The notes below the pieces were generated by a model that did not search any database, was not told the origin of the DNA, and saw only the letters and a list, made by a program, of their open reading frames with translations. The position numbers and the translations under genes are program-made. From Myxococcota bacterium (GTDB lineage Bacteria > Myxococcota_A > SURF-8): DNA of 64,000 nt. Positions 34,973 through 44,355 of the stretch are shown here, piece by piece. Where the stretch lies: NCBI GenBank assembly GCA_963674735.2, contig CAXXQS010000002.1, positions 2,048,001 through 2,112,000 of the forward strand. The letters run 5' to 3'. Position 1 is the first letter of the stretch, and each line of letters starts with the position of its first letter.

Positions 34973-36279
34973 TGGCGGGACGCGTACTGGTGATCGGACG
35001 AGGTTTGGCGGGATCCATGGCGGCCCTGGCGGCCCGGCAGGCCGGAGCCGAGGTGACGGTGGCCGCGCGGGCCTACGGGCGCACGGCGTTGTGTTCGGGG
35101 CTGATCGGTTTGGCCGCGGCCCCGCATCCCAAGGAGCCGCTGCCCCTCGATGCCGCGGTCTTGCGGCTCTTGCAACGCAATGCCCGCCATCCCTACGGGC
35201 GTTTCGCCGACCCGGTCGGGGCCATCGATGAGGCGGTGCGGCTTTTTCTGGACGCCACCGGCGACCTGTATCGCCATCCCTTCGACCCCGACTCGCCGCC
35301 CCTGCAGTTTCCGAACGAAATCGGCACCGTCACCCGCGCCCATCTCGGGCCGGTGACTTTCGCGCGGCTGGGACGCCCCTCCGACGGCGAGGCGCTGGGG
35401 ATCGTAGCCTTCGACGACTACCCGCGTTTTCGGGCCGACTTCATGGCGCGCGCCTGGTCGGCTTTCCACGCCGACACGGGCGAAACCCAACGCTTCAAGG
35501 TGTTGCGTACCACGCTCAACAGCGAGGGCCGTCTGCTCGCGCACCCGGTGCAGGCCGCCCGGCTTTTGGAGGACGACACCGTCCTCACGCTTGTGGCGGA
35601 GCGTCTCAAGCGCGCCCTTGACGGAACACGACCACCCTTGCTCATCTTCCCGCCCGTTCTCGGCCTGACGCACCCCGACGTGGCGGCGAAACTCGAAGAG
35701 CGTTTAGAGGTGCCGGTGCGCGAAGCCGCGGCTGCCCAGGCTTCCCTGCCGGGCCTGCGGTTGATCAACCGTCTAACTCAAGCGCTGGCGGCGGCCGGAA
35801 TCGATCTGCAAAAAGGCGAGGTCGCCGAACTCGACACGCCGGAGGCCGGTCCGCTTAATTGCCGCCTGCGCGACCACTCCGGACAGACGCAGACCCTCAG
35901 CGCCGATGCGGTGGTGCTGGCCACCGGCAAATTCCTCGGCGGCGGCATCGTCGCCCGCAACCGACGTTTTTCCGAGCCCATCGCTCAAGCCCCGCTCATG
36001 CTGGGCGGCCGACGCGTGGAAGAGGTCTTCATGGGACGCCTCACCGATGTGGACTTCGCGTTACCCCAGCGCTTTGCTCGGGTGGGGGTTTCCACCGACG
36101 AGCAGGGGCGCATTCTCGGCATCAAGGGACACGGACTGCATCCGCGTCTGTTTGCGGCGGGCCAACTGCTGGCCGATTTCGACCCCTTCATGGACGGCTG
36201 CGCCGAAGGCGTGGACCTGGCCACCGGCTGGCTGGCCGGACGCTCGGCGGCGCTGGCGGCCGAGGAGGTGACGGCATGA
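34972..36279 (+). CDS. glpB: Glycerol-3-phosphate dehydrogenase subunit B-like
   Basis: GRGLAG, PPVLGL, SLPGLRL, LATGKFLGGG, LFAAG; TGATG coupling to glpA. Confidence 0.85.
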   Translation: MAGRVLVIGRGLAGSMAALAARQAGAEVTVAARAYGRTALCSGLIGLAAAPHPKEPLPLDAAVLRLLQRNARHPYGRFADPVGAIDEAVRLFLDATGDLYRHPFDPDSPPLQFPNEIGTVTRAHLGPVTFARLGRPSDGEALGIVAFDDYPRFRADFMARAWSAFHADTGETQRFKVLRTTLNSEGRLLAHPVQAARLLEDDTVLTLVAERLKRALDGTRPPLLIFPPVLGLTHPDVAAKLEERLEVPVREAAAAQASLPGLRLINRLTQALAAAGIDLQKGEVAELDTPEAGPLNCRLRDHSGQTQTLSADAVVLATGKFLGGGIVARNRRFSEPIAQAPLMLGGRRVEEVFMGRLTDVDFALPQRFARVGVSTDEQGRILGIKGHGLHPRLFAAGQLLADFDPFMDGCAEGVDLATGWLAGRSAALAAEEVTA

Positions 36280-36722
36280 AAAAGCTTTTCGCCACCCTGT
36301 TGATCGGGCTCTACCTCATGCGCCACCTGGCCTTGCGCTGGCTGGGCAAGCTGCTGCCGTTTCTGCGTTCCAAACGCAGCGGCGAACAGGCCTTCGCCGA
36401 CAACTACCGCGCCGATGGTATCGTGTCGTTGCCCCCGGAAAGCGTCGCCGATCTGGCCGCCCTGCAAGGCTGCATCCGTTGTGAATTGTGCGACGCCCTG
36501 TGCGATCGCACCGCCACCCTGTCGCGCGTTTTCTTCAACGGGCCGTCGTTGCTGGCCTCCACCCACTCGCGGTGTCTGCCCGACCTCGCCTATGCACGCA
36601 GCTACCGGTCGGAATACGCCGCCTGCGGCGATTGCGAACGCTGCATGGACGCCTGTCCCACCGGCGTTCCCTTGAAGCGGATCGTCGAACTGATGGATCG
36701 CATGACGCCCGACAACCCCTGA
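36276..36722 (+). CDS. 2x[4Fe-4S] ferredoxin-like protein with N-terminal hydrophobic segment
   Basis: CIRCELCDALC and CGDCERCMDACP; ATGA overlap; GAGGAGG RBS. Confidence 0.85.
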   Translation: MKKLFATLLIGLYLMRHLALRWLGKLLPFLRSKRSGEQAFADNYRADGIVSLPPESVADLAALQGCIRCELCDALCDRTATLSRVFFNGPSLLASTHSRCLPDLAYARSYRSEYAACGDCERCMDACPTGVPLKRIVELMDRMTPDNP

Positions 36723-36780
36723 AACGCCGCGTGTAAGCAGCCGTAATCCGGCTGCGGGGAAGCGACGGGCGCGGGACGTC

Positions 36781-36963
36781 TAGGGCGTTTCAGTTCCAAG
36801 CTTTTCATCGTTTTCCACCCACTCCAATTCGGCTTACGGGGTGCCATGGGCCAAGCCTTTGGCTTGCCCATGCTGTTTTCACGGGCAAACCTGACGGTTT
36901 AGCCCGTGCCACCCATTAACAATCGAAGATTATTCGAGACTCAATCAGAATTGGAACGCCCTG
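36781..36963. mobile_element. ~183-bp element, copy 5 (orientation A)
   Basis: CTAGGGCGTTTCAGTTC ... GAATTGGAACGCCCTG; same core. Confidence 0.85.
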
Positions 36964-37093
36964 GCGCGTTGTCACATTCGCTTGACGCGTGCGGCGAATC
37001 GGACTAGAACTAACGAGTGAGTGACTGCTCACTCGATACGGACAAAAGCAAGGCCGCAGGCTCGATGCGCGAAGCGGCGGGAAAGGACGAACG

Positions 37094-38839
37094 ATGCCAT
37101 TGGACGTGATTATCGAGAAGGCTTTGATCTACGATGGAACCGGGCGCGCCCCCGTACGCAACGATGTGGGGATTCAGGGCGATCGCATCGCTTCCGTGGG
37201 GAACCTGAGCGAAGTCCCGGCGGTCAAGCGCATCGATGCGCGCAACCTGGCTTTGTCTCCGGGTTTCATCGACGTGCATTCCCACGCCGACATGACCCTG
37301 CATCGAGCCGACCATCACAAATACCTCGAACCGTTGGTTCGCCAGGGTATCACCACGTTCGTGGGCGGCAATTGCGGAGTGGGCATGGGCCCCATCAGTG
37401 ATAAAAACCCGGATATTCAGTACCAGTTCTACAATTTCTTCCTGGGTGAGGATATTCGCCCGCATCTGCACTGGAAGAGTTACGGCGAGCTGCTCGACCA
37501 TTATGAAAATCAGGGGCTGCTGCTCAACAGCGCCGTTCTGGTGGGCCACGGTATTTTACGCATGGATGCCATGGGCGACAGCACCGAGCGCGCCAGCATG
37601 GACGACGTGCGTTGCATGCAGCACAAGCTGGCCGAGTGTTTGGAAGCGGGCGGCATCGGCCTGTCCACCGGCCTGATGTACTTTCCCGGCCTGAGTTCCG
37701 ACGAGCACGAACTGACGCAACTGGCCCGTACCGTACACGACTACAACGGCGTATTCACCTCGCATCTGCGCAGCTACAATTCCGATACGTTGATGAACGC
37801 CATCGACGAGGTGCTGGAGATCGGTCGCTCGGCCGAAGTGCCGGTGCAGATCAGTCACCTGTTCTGGGTGCCCAACTTCCCCGAGCCGCTGGGGACGGCC
37901 ATGAAATGGGCCACCAAAGGCTTGAGCTACCTCTACAATAAAAAGGAACTGCCCATTCCGCTCGACGGTGCCACCAAGCCGTTTCTCAAGCGCGTGGCGC
38001 AGCAGATCGAGCAAGGATTCCCGGTGGGCGTCGACGCCATGCCCACCACCGCCGGATTCACGCACCTGTTGGCCTTTTTCCCGCCCTGGAGTTTGCAGGG
38101 AGGCGAGGAAGCCGTCAAAAAGCGCATTTCCGACAAAACCGAGCGCAAGAAGATCCGGCAAAGCATCGAGAACGGTCAGCCGATCTGGCCGCATCGCGGT
38201 CCCGACCAGTGGTCGATGAATTTCTTCAAAGTGATGGGCTGGGACTGCGCTTTCGTGATGAGCGTCGTAACGGAGAAGAATCAGCGCTTCATCGGCAAGA
38301 ACTTCGTGCAGATCGGCGACGAGTTGGGCAAACACCCCTTCGACGCCATGTGCGATATGCTGCTGGAGGAAGACGCCCGCGTGCTGATCTTCGAAACGAC
38401 GACCTATCCGGGCGATCCGCTGATCGAGCGTTCGCTGTACGGCACGCTGCTCGATCCCAACGTGTCCATCGTCACCGATACCATCCTGCTCGGCTTCGGG
38501 CGTCCCTCGCACCTGTTTTACGATTGTTTCCCCAAGTTCCTCGGCCTCTATGCGCGCGACTGGAACAAGCTGTCGTTGCGCGAAGCCATCCGCAAGTGCA
38601 CCTCGTTGCCCGCCAGCCAGTTGCAGATCAAAAATCGCGGTATCGTGCGCGAGGGCTACTACGCCGATCTGGTTCTGTTCGACAAGGACACCATCCAGAC
38701 CCACTCGACCGTCGAAAATCCCGACCGCTTCCCCAGCGGCATCCATTCGGTTTTCATCAACGGCAAGGCGGTGGTGGACCCCGACGGCTTCCATCCCGAT
38801 CCGCGCCCGGGTAAGCTGCTGAGACGCGGACGCGCCTAG
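37094..38839 (+). CDS. N-acyl-D-amino-acid deacylase family amidohydrolase
   Basis: PGFIDVHSH, GNCG, STGL.Y.PG, SHLR, ISH, GYYADLVLF. Confidence 0.9.
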   Translation: MPLDVIIEKALIYDGTGRAPVRNDVGIQGDRIASVGNLSEVPAVKRIDARNLALSPGFIDVHSHADMTLHRADHHKYLEPLVRQGITTFVGGNCGVGMGPISDKNPDIQYQFYNFFLGEDIRPHLHWKSYGELLDHYENQGLLLNSAVLVGHGILRMDAMGDSTERASMDDVRCMQHKLAECLEAGGIGLSTGLMYFPGLSSDEHELTQLARTVHDYNGVFTSHLRSYNSDTLMNAIDEVLEIGRSAEVPVQISHLFWVPNFPEPLGTAMKWATKGLSYLYNKKELPIPLDGATKPFLKRVAQQIEQGFPVGVDAMPTTAGFTHLLAFFPPWSLQGGEEAVKKRISDKTERKKIRQSIENGQPIWPHRGPDQWSMNFFKVMGWDCAFVMSVVTEKNQRFIGKNFVQIGDELGKHPFDAMCDMLLEEDARVLIFETTTYPGDPLIERSLYGTLLDPNVSIVTDTILLGFGRPSHLFYDCFPKFLGLYARDWNKLSLREAIRKCTSLPASQLQIKNRGIVREGYYADLVLFDKDTIQTHSTVENPDRFPSGIHSVFINGKAVVDPDGFHPDPRPGKLLRRGRA

Positions 38840-38861
38840 CCGGTCCGATTCGGAATCGTTC

Positions 38862-38891
38862 AAGCGTCGCCTCTGCGGCGCTTTTTTCTTT
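38862..38891 (+). terminator. Intrinsic terminator
   Basis: AAGCGTCGC/GCGGCGCTT stem plus U-tract. Confidence 0.75.
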
Positions 38892-38904
38892 GGTGCGATT
38901 GCGT

Positions 38905-39146
38905 GGCGGGGCGCGTCTTCGACGGGCTCCCGGCACTGCGCTCGCATCATCGCTTGCGTTTTTGTCCCCTTTCTTTGCGCGTCCAAAGAAAGGGAACCGA
39001 AAGAAAGGACGCCCGGGGTTCGCCTGGACGTCTTGCGACGTCCCCGCGTCCGCTCGGCGGGCGCTGCGGAACTCGCCGGACGTCGTCCGGCTCAGACAGT
39101 CCTCGCGCACCCTCCGCCGCCCGGCCCCGTCGGCGAACACGGGGGG
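38905..39146. repeat. Degenerate REP copy followed by a multi-hairpin intergenic element
   Basis: CCCTTTCTTTG/CAAAGAAAGGG, GGACGTC/GACGTCC, GCCGGAC/GTCCGGC hairpins. Confidence 0.55.
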
Positions 39147-39232
39147 AAGAGGGGATGATCACAAAATCATTTCGAGAAACAAGCAGTATGAACAACTTGT
39201 TGCCCATCGCTTTGATAACGCTTATCCCCGCC

Positions 39233-39258
39233 GTTGGAGCGCGTCTCCGACGGGCTCC
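39233..39258 (+). repeat. GTTG-led REP-like palindrome
   Basis: Identical 26-mer to 22034-22059. Confidence 0.75.
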
Positions 39259-39274
39259 GAACAATCCTTATTCT

Positions 39275-40009
39275 TCAGGGGTGAAGCAGACGGGACTTTC
39301 CCTGTTCCGCCTGGAGCGGCAGAGCGGCGTTGCACCACTCTTCCAGGCTTTCGCGCAGGCGGTTGCGTTTGTCTTCGTTCGAGGTCCAGGGCATACGCGA
39401 GATATCGATGCGTGCCCAGCTGAAATCGGCTGCATGGCGTCGGACGATGCCGCTGCCGCGGAAGGGATGGTTGATCATCACCTTGTTGTGAAAACGCGGC
39501 GACAGACAATCCGCCAAGCTTTGCAGGATGTCGGGGCTGCAACTGTTGGCGCAACAGCTCAGGCTGACAAAGGGACGCGGGGAACCGGGATCGAGATCGT
39601 TGAGTCCCCCGATTTCGGCCATGCTGTAGCAATCGAGCCCCAGCATCATGCGGTCGCAGGAAACCGCCGACAGCTTGACATGGTATGGACCGTAGTAATT
39701 TTCGACCAGCCGTCGAATGGTATCGGGCTTCAAATTGCCGCGGTAGGTGGCGGGGTAGCCGGGCGTTTTTACGCGCACGGCGTGTCGATGATGCAGGTCG
39801 TCGGCTTCGCGGTTCATATCGACGATCAGGTGTGAAACGGCGGCCATCAAACACAGCTCGGTTGCGTCTTCCAGTGCAAAAATCTCGCGTGCCGCCAGAT
39901 CGGCGGCTTCCATCAAGGTCTGACGCGGCAAGGCGCACAGGCCCTGCACTTCGGTTGGAACAAGCGTTCCGGTATTGGGAACAGACAACACGATCGGGAG
40001 TCTGGACAT
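39275..40009 (-). CDS. N-formylglutamate amidohydrolase (HutG/FGase)-like protein, degenerate
   Basis: LPIVLSVP..G..VP, VDMNR, YY.PYH..L, LDC.SM, N.PF.G..I. Confidence 0.78.
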   Translation of the reverse strand: MSRLPIVLSVPNTGTLVPTEVQGLCALPRQTLMEAADLAAREIFALEDATELCLMAAVSHLIVDMNREADDLHHRHAVRVKTPGYPATYRGNLKPDTIRRLVENYYGPYHVKLSAVSCDRMMLGLDCYSMAEIGGLNDLDPGSPRPFVSLSCCANSCSPDILQSLADCLSPRFHNKVMINHPFRGSGIVRRHAADFSWARIDISRMPWTSNEDKRNRLRESLEEWCNAALPLQAEQGKSRLLHP

Positions 40010-40244
40010 GACGCACCTTCCTCGGTCGGCGAATGCCAAGTAAATTAGACTGACGTAATGCTATTTTTTCCGAATCGTGCCCGTTCGCCTTCAACCGCCA
40101 AGAATGCGGCCACTGAAACTCCGACCCTTGAGCTTCTTCAAACGATCCGTGCCACGATGCAAAAGTACCTTCACTCCTATCTTACCTTGCCTGGGTCGTC
40201 AAGCGAATTCGGGAAAAGCCGCGAAAATAAAATGCAACTCTCTC

Positions 40245-40273
40245 TTGACGCCGTGTCAGACTGTTGGTACGCT
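40245..40273 (+). promoter_or_regulatory. Sigma70-type promoter of the metF-like/hdr operon
   Basis: TTGACG-17 nt-TACGCT with extended TG. Confidence 0.5.
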
Positions 40274-40470
40274 AAATACAGTACAGATACAATCAATCGC
40301 GAGAACACCTTCTGTTCATGCTGCGGTTCAAGATTCGTACTGTTCCCTTTGCTGCCCCACTACCCCGCTCAAACGGCGCACAATCCGATTCGTAAACAGC
40401 CCGAATGGAGATCAAGAAGTCACACCGGACTTTCCGGTAATCGGTCCCCCCTTCAGAAATGGGAGGTGCT

Positions 40471-41343
40471 ATGACTTTCTCTCAGTCCATCGGGGAGAAC
40501 GGATTCGCCTTGATTGCCGAGGTCGATCCGCCCAAGGGCGTCAATCTCGACGATTTCGAGCATCACGCGCAATCGCTCAAATCCCGTGTCGATACCCTCG
40601 CGGTAACCGACAACGAGCACGCCGTGATGCGCATGGCTCCCTGGGCTCCCTGCCATCGTCTCATCACGCTCGGCTTCGACCCCTGGATCGTCCTCAACGC
40701 TCGCGACCGTAACCGACTGTCTTTGCAGGCGGATCTGCTCGGGGCGGCGGCGCTGGGGGTGCGCCACGTGCTGGTGAAGGAGGGGCTCGATCCCGATTGG
40801 GGCGATCAGCCCATGGTACGCAGCAGCGGCGACCTGGATATGGTCACCATGGTCAAATGCGTCCAATCCCTCAACAACGGGAGGGATCTGGGAGGAGAGG
40901 AACTGAACGGGAAACCGGCCTTTTCCATCGCGGCGGGTCTGGAGCTGTCGGACGACATCGGCACCAATCGCAAACGCGCCGACCAGATGATGGAGCTGGC
41001 CGAGCTCGGAGTCGATACGGTCGTGCTCGGTCCCACTTACGACCGCAATATTCTGGACCTCTTCGCCGAGAAAGCGGAGAGTGCCGATATCACGCTCATC
41101 GCCACCTTGATGCTGTTGAAATCGGTGGCCATGATTCGGTATCTCAACCACCTGCCCGGTGTTCCGGCCGTCCCGCATACCTATCTCAAAGACATGCTGG
41201 ATGCCCCGGTGAAGACGCAGGCGGGGGTGGAAATCGCCGCTACCTTCTACAAGGATCTGCAAGAGGTCTGCCGGGGGGTGCTGTTGCAAGGCCTGGGCTG
41301 GGGTCCGCGTTTGATCCCCTTCCTGGACCGGATCGGGCGCTGA
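40471..41343 (+). CDS. Divergent methylenetetrahydrofolate-reductase (MetF) paralog
   Basis: EVDPPKG, VTDN, RDRNRLSLQADLLGA; lacks GD and TQ motifs; GGAGG RBS. Confidence 0.85.
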   Translation: MTFSQSIGENGFALIAEVDPPKGVNLDDFEHHAQSLKSRVDTLAVTDNEHAVMRMAPWAPCHRLITLGFDPWIVLNARDRNRLSLQADLLGAAALGVRHVLVKEGLDPDWGDQPMVRSSGDLDMVTMVKCVQSLNNGRDLGGEELNGKPAFSIAAGLELSDDIGTNRKRADQMMELAELGVDTVVLGPTYDRNILDLFAEKAESADITLIATLMLLKSVAMIRYLNHLPGVPAVPHTYLKDMLDAPVKTQAGVEIAATFYKDLQEVCRGVLLQGLGWGPRLIPFLDRIGR

Positions 41344-41344
41344 T

Positions 41345-42931
41345 ATGACCGCAGGGCGCAGCATGTCGGTCGGGTCGATCACCCAGTCGCTGTTCAATGC
41401 CCTGGACGGATTGGGCTCGCCGCTGATGCTGGCTACCATCATCGAAGGCACCCCGAACGGCGTGCTGGTGGCCGACCGCCGCCACATGATCCATTACGCC
41501 AATCCTTCCGCCCTGCGTATGACCGGTTTCGACATCGACGACTTGCAGGATCGCAGCATTCCCGATCTGCTGGGTTTGACGGAGGCGGAAGTCGCCGTCG
41601 AATGTCGGTCGTTGGCCGGACCGCCCGAAGCCCTTGAAAAACGACCGCGCCACGAACTGATTATCGTCAACCGCACGAGCGGCGAGCGCTATTACGTCGA
41701 AGCGAGTTTTCTGCGTCCCCATCCGGAGCACGACCGCTACGCGGTTTTACTGGTGGACATCAACGAGCGCAAGCAACTCGAAATCGAACTCAGGCGACGC
41801 AATTCGTTTTTCCACAAGCTGATCGATTCGTCGGTGGACGGCATCATCGCCTCCGACATGAAGGGCCGCCTGATTCTGTTCAACCAGGGCGCGCAACAAC
41901 TGCTCGGCTATACCGAAGAGGAAGCGCGGCGGGACGTGCATGTCACCAAGCTGTATCCCGAAGGGGAGGCCGAATCCATCATCCGCCGCATGCGTTCGGA
42001 CCAATACGGCGGCCGCGGCAAGCTGTTGCGTCATGAACTGGTGGCCATCACCAATACCGGAACGGCGATTCCGATGAGCTTTTCGGGCGGCATCATTTAC
42101 GATGACGGCCAGGAAATCGCCACCTTCGGGATCTTCACCGATCTGCGTCGCATCCAGAAGGCCGAAGAGGACTTGCAGCAGACGCATCAGATGCTGCAGC
42201 AGTCGGAGAAAATGGCCGGACTGGGACGTCTGGCGGCGGGGGTGGCGCACGAAATCAACAACCCCATGTCGGGGATCATGCTCTACGCCAATCTGGCGCG
42301 GGAGGAATTGGGCGACGAACACGCCTCGGCCGCCGATCTGGATGTCATTATCCGTGAGGCGGAGCGCTGCAAAACCATCGTTTCCGACCTGCTGGAGTTT
42401 TCTCACGAGCACGCCTACGACATGGGCTGCGTCGATCTCAACGATATCATCACCAAAACCCTGGCGCTTTTGGAAATGCAGCCGCTGTTTCACAACATCC
42501 GGCTCGAACTGGATCTCGATCCCGAGTTGATGTCCATTCAGGGGAACGCCGCCAAGCTGAGCCAGGTGGTCATGAATCTGCTGATCAATGCCGCCCAGGC
42601 CATGGACGGGCGCGGCGTGTTGCGGGTGGCCAGCCGGACGCGCGCCCACGGCGGTATGGTGGAATTGAGTATTGCCGACAGCGGTCCGGGCATCGATGCG
42701 GTCAATCTGCCGCGCATCTTCGATCCGTTTTTCACCACCAAAGCGCAGGGCAAGGGCACCGGTCTGGGCTTGAGCGTGTCGTATGCCATCGTGAAAGAAC
42801 ACAAGGGCACCATCCGGGCTCGTTCCGAAGAAGGGAAAGGGGCTACCTTCATGCTGCGCTTTCCCATTATGGAAACGGGCTGTGGGGGTCGCCGGGAAAC
42901 GGAAACCATCGGCCGGGAGGAAACGTCATGA
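41345..42931 (+). CDS. Cytoplasmic 2xPAS sensor histidine kinase
   Basis: AHEINNP, NAAQAM, DSGPG, FDPFFTTK, GTGLGL; no obvious TM helix. Confidence 0.95.
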   Translation: MTAGRSMSVGSITQSLFNALDGLGSPLMLATIIEGTPNGVLVADRRHMIHYANPSALRMTGFDIDDLQDRSIPDLLGLTEAEVAVECRSLAGPPEALEKRPRHELIIVNRTSGERYYVEASFLRPHPEHDRYAVLLVDINERKQLEIELRRRNSFFHKLIDSSVDGIIASDMKGRLILFNQGAQQLLGYTEEEARRDVHVTKLYPEGEAESIIRRMRSDQYGGRGKLLRHELVAITNTGTAIPMSFSGGIIYDDGQEIATFGIFTDLRRIQKAEEDLQQTHQMLQQSEKMAGLGRLAAGVAHEINNPMSGIMLYANLAREELGDEHASAADLDVIIREAERCKTIVSDLLEFSHEHAYDMGCVDLNDIITKTLALLEMQPLFHNIRLELDLDPELMSIQGNAAKLSQVVMNLLINAAQAMDGRGVLRVASRTRAHGGMVELSIADSGPGIDAVNLPRIFDPFFTTKAQGKGTGLGLSVSYAIVKEHKGTIRARSEEGKGATFMLRFPIMETGCGGRRETETIGREETS

Positions 42932-43482
42932 CGTTGCCCGAGATCAGACCGGCGGAGGGCAGCCGCCACCTCAAGCGCGAACTGAAGGCGGCCGGACTGG
43001 ACGTGGCGGCCTGTTACCAGTGCGGGCGTTGCTCGGCGGGCTGTCCCATCGCGCCGTTTTACGATCTCTTGCCCATGCAGGTGATTCGTCTGGCGGCTTA
43101 CGGGATGGAACGCGAACTGATGCAAAGCCACACCATCTGGCTCTGCGCGTCTTGTGAAACCTGCTCGACGCGCTGCCCCAACGCCATCGATATCGCGGGG
43201 GTGATGGATTTTCTGCGCGAGTGGGCCTTGAGCCACGGTCTCGAACCGGCCGAGCCGCGCGTGGCCGCTTTCCACAAAGCCTTTTTGCACTCCATCGAGC
43301 GCGGGGGACGCACCTTCGAGTTGGGCATGATGGGACGCTACAAATGGCTGAGCGGCGACTGGTTTGGGGATATGGGGCTCGGCTTGAAAATGCTGGGACG
43401 CGGCAAGCTGCGTTTGATTCCGCAGGGCGTGAAGGACAAGCGCGGGGTACGGCGTTTGTTTATCCGCGCCGGGAAGGATTGA
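42928..43482 (+). CDS. hdrC: Heterodisulfide reductase subunit C
   Basis: CYQCGRCSAGCP, IWLCASCETCSTRCP. Confidence 0.93.
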   Translation: MTLPEIRPAEGSRHLKRELKAAGLDVAACYQCGRCSAGCPIAPFYDLLPMQVIRLAAYGMERELMQSHTIWLCASCETCSTRCPNAIDIAGVMDFLREWALSHGLEPAEPRVAAFHKAFLHSIERGGRTFELGMMGRYKWLSGDWFGDMGLGLKMLGRGKLRLIPQGVKDKRGVRRLFIRAGKD

Positions 43483-43485
43483 CGC

Positions 43486-44355
43486 ATGAAAATGGCCTAC
43501 TATCCGGGCTGCTCGTTGGAAGGCAGCGCTAAGGACTGCGACCGCTCCGTGCGGGACGTGGCGGCGCGCCTCGGGGTCGAGCTGGTCGAACTGGAAGACT
43601 GGAGTTGTTGCGGGGCGAGTTCGGCTCATATGACCAACCAACGCCTGGGCATTCTACTGGGCGCGCGCAACCTTTTGATTGCCGAACGGACCGGCCTCGA
43701 CGTGCTGGTGCCCTGTTCCGCCTGCTACCAGCGTCTGAAAGCCGCCGATCACGCCTTGCGCGCGGATCCGGTGGCTTGGGAGGTGGAGCGCTACGAACCT
43801 GAATTCGAAATCGTGCACCTCTCGCGTTTTCTGGTGCAGCCGCAGGTGTTGGCCCTGTTGAAAGAGCGGGTGACGCATCCGCTGAGCGGTCTGAAGGCGG
43901 CTTGCTATTACGGTTGTTTATCGCTACGACCGCCCGACCTCACCGGCGCGGCCGATGCCGAGCAACCGCAGGCGTTGGCGCAGGTGATGGAGGCGTTGGG
44001 CGTCGAGGCGGTGCCCTGGAGCCATGCCACCGAATGTTGCGGCGGCAGCCTGACGGTCGCGCGGCCCGATATCTCGCGGCAGTTGGTGGGCGATCTGGTG
44101 ACGGCGGCGCGGCGCGGCGGGGCGGATGTGATCGTCACGGACTGCCCCATGTGTCAAGCCAATCTCGAATCGCGCCAGTTGGATCTGGCCGAGAACGAAA
44201 ACCTGAAAATGCTGCCGGTGATGTTCCCGACGGAACTGGCCCTGCTGGCCTTGGCGGAGGAAAAAACAGCTCCGCGTTTTCCGGCGCATCTGATCGATCC
44301 CGGACCGGCGCTTATGGCCGCGTTGACGGCGACGGAGGAAGCCCATGAAGCCTGA
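43486..44355 (+). CDS. hdrB: Heterodisulfide reductase subunit B
   Basis: Two CCG domains: YYPGC/CCG/CSAC and YYGC/CCG/CPMC. Confidence 0.95.
   Translation: MKMAYYPGCSLEGSAKDCDRSVRDVAARLGVELVELEDWSCCGASSAHMTNQRLGILLGARNLLIAERTGLDVLVPCSACYQRLKAADHALRADPVAWEVERYEPEFEIVHLSRFLVQPQVLALLKERVTHPLSGLKAACYYGCLSLRPPDLTGAADAEQPQALAQVMEALGVEAVPWSHATECCGGSLTVARPDISRQLVGDLVTAARRGGADVIVTDCPMCQANLESRQLDLAENENLKMLPVMFPTELALLALAEEKTAPRFPAHLIDPGPALMAALTATEEAHEA

Noticed and set aside
40425-40438. RNase P-like GGAAAGTCCGG on the minus strand
   Set aside because: Only a small local hairpin; other RNase P conserved regions are absent
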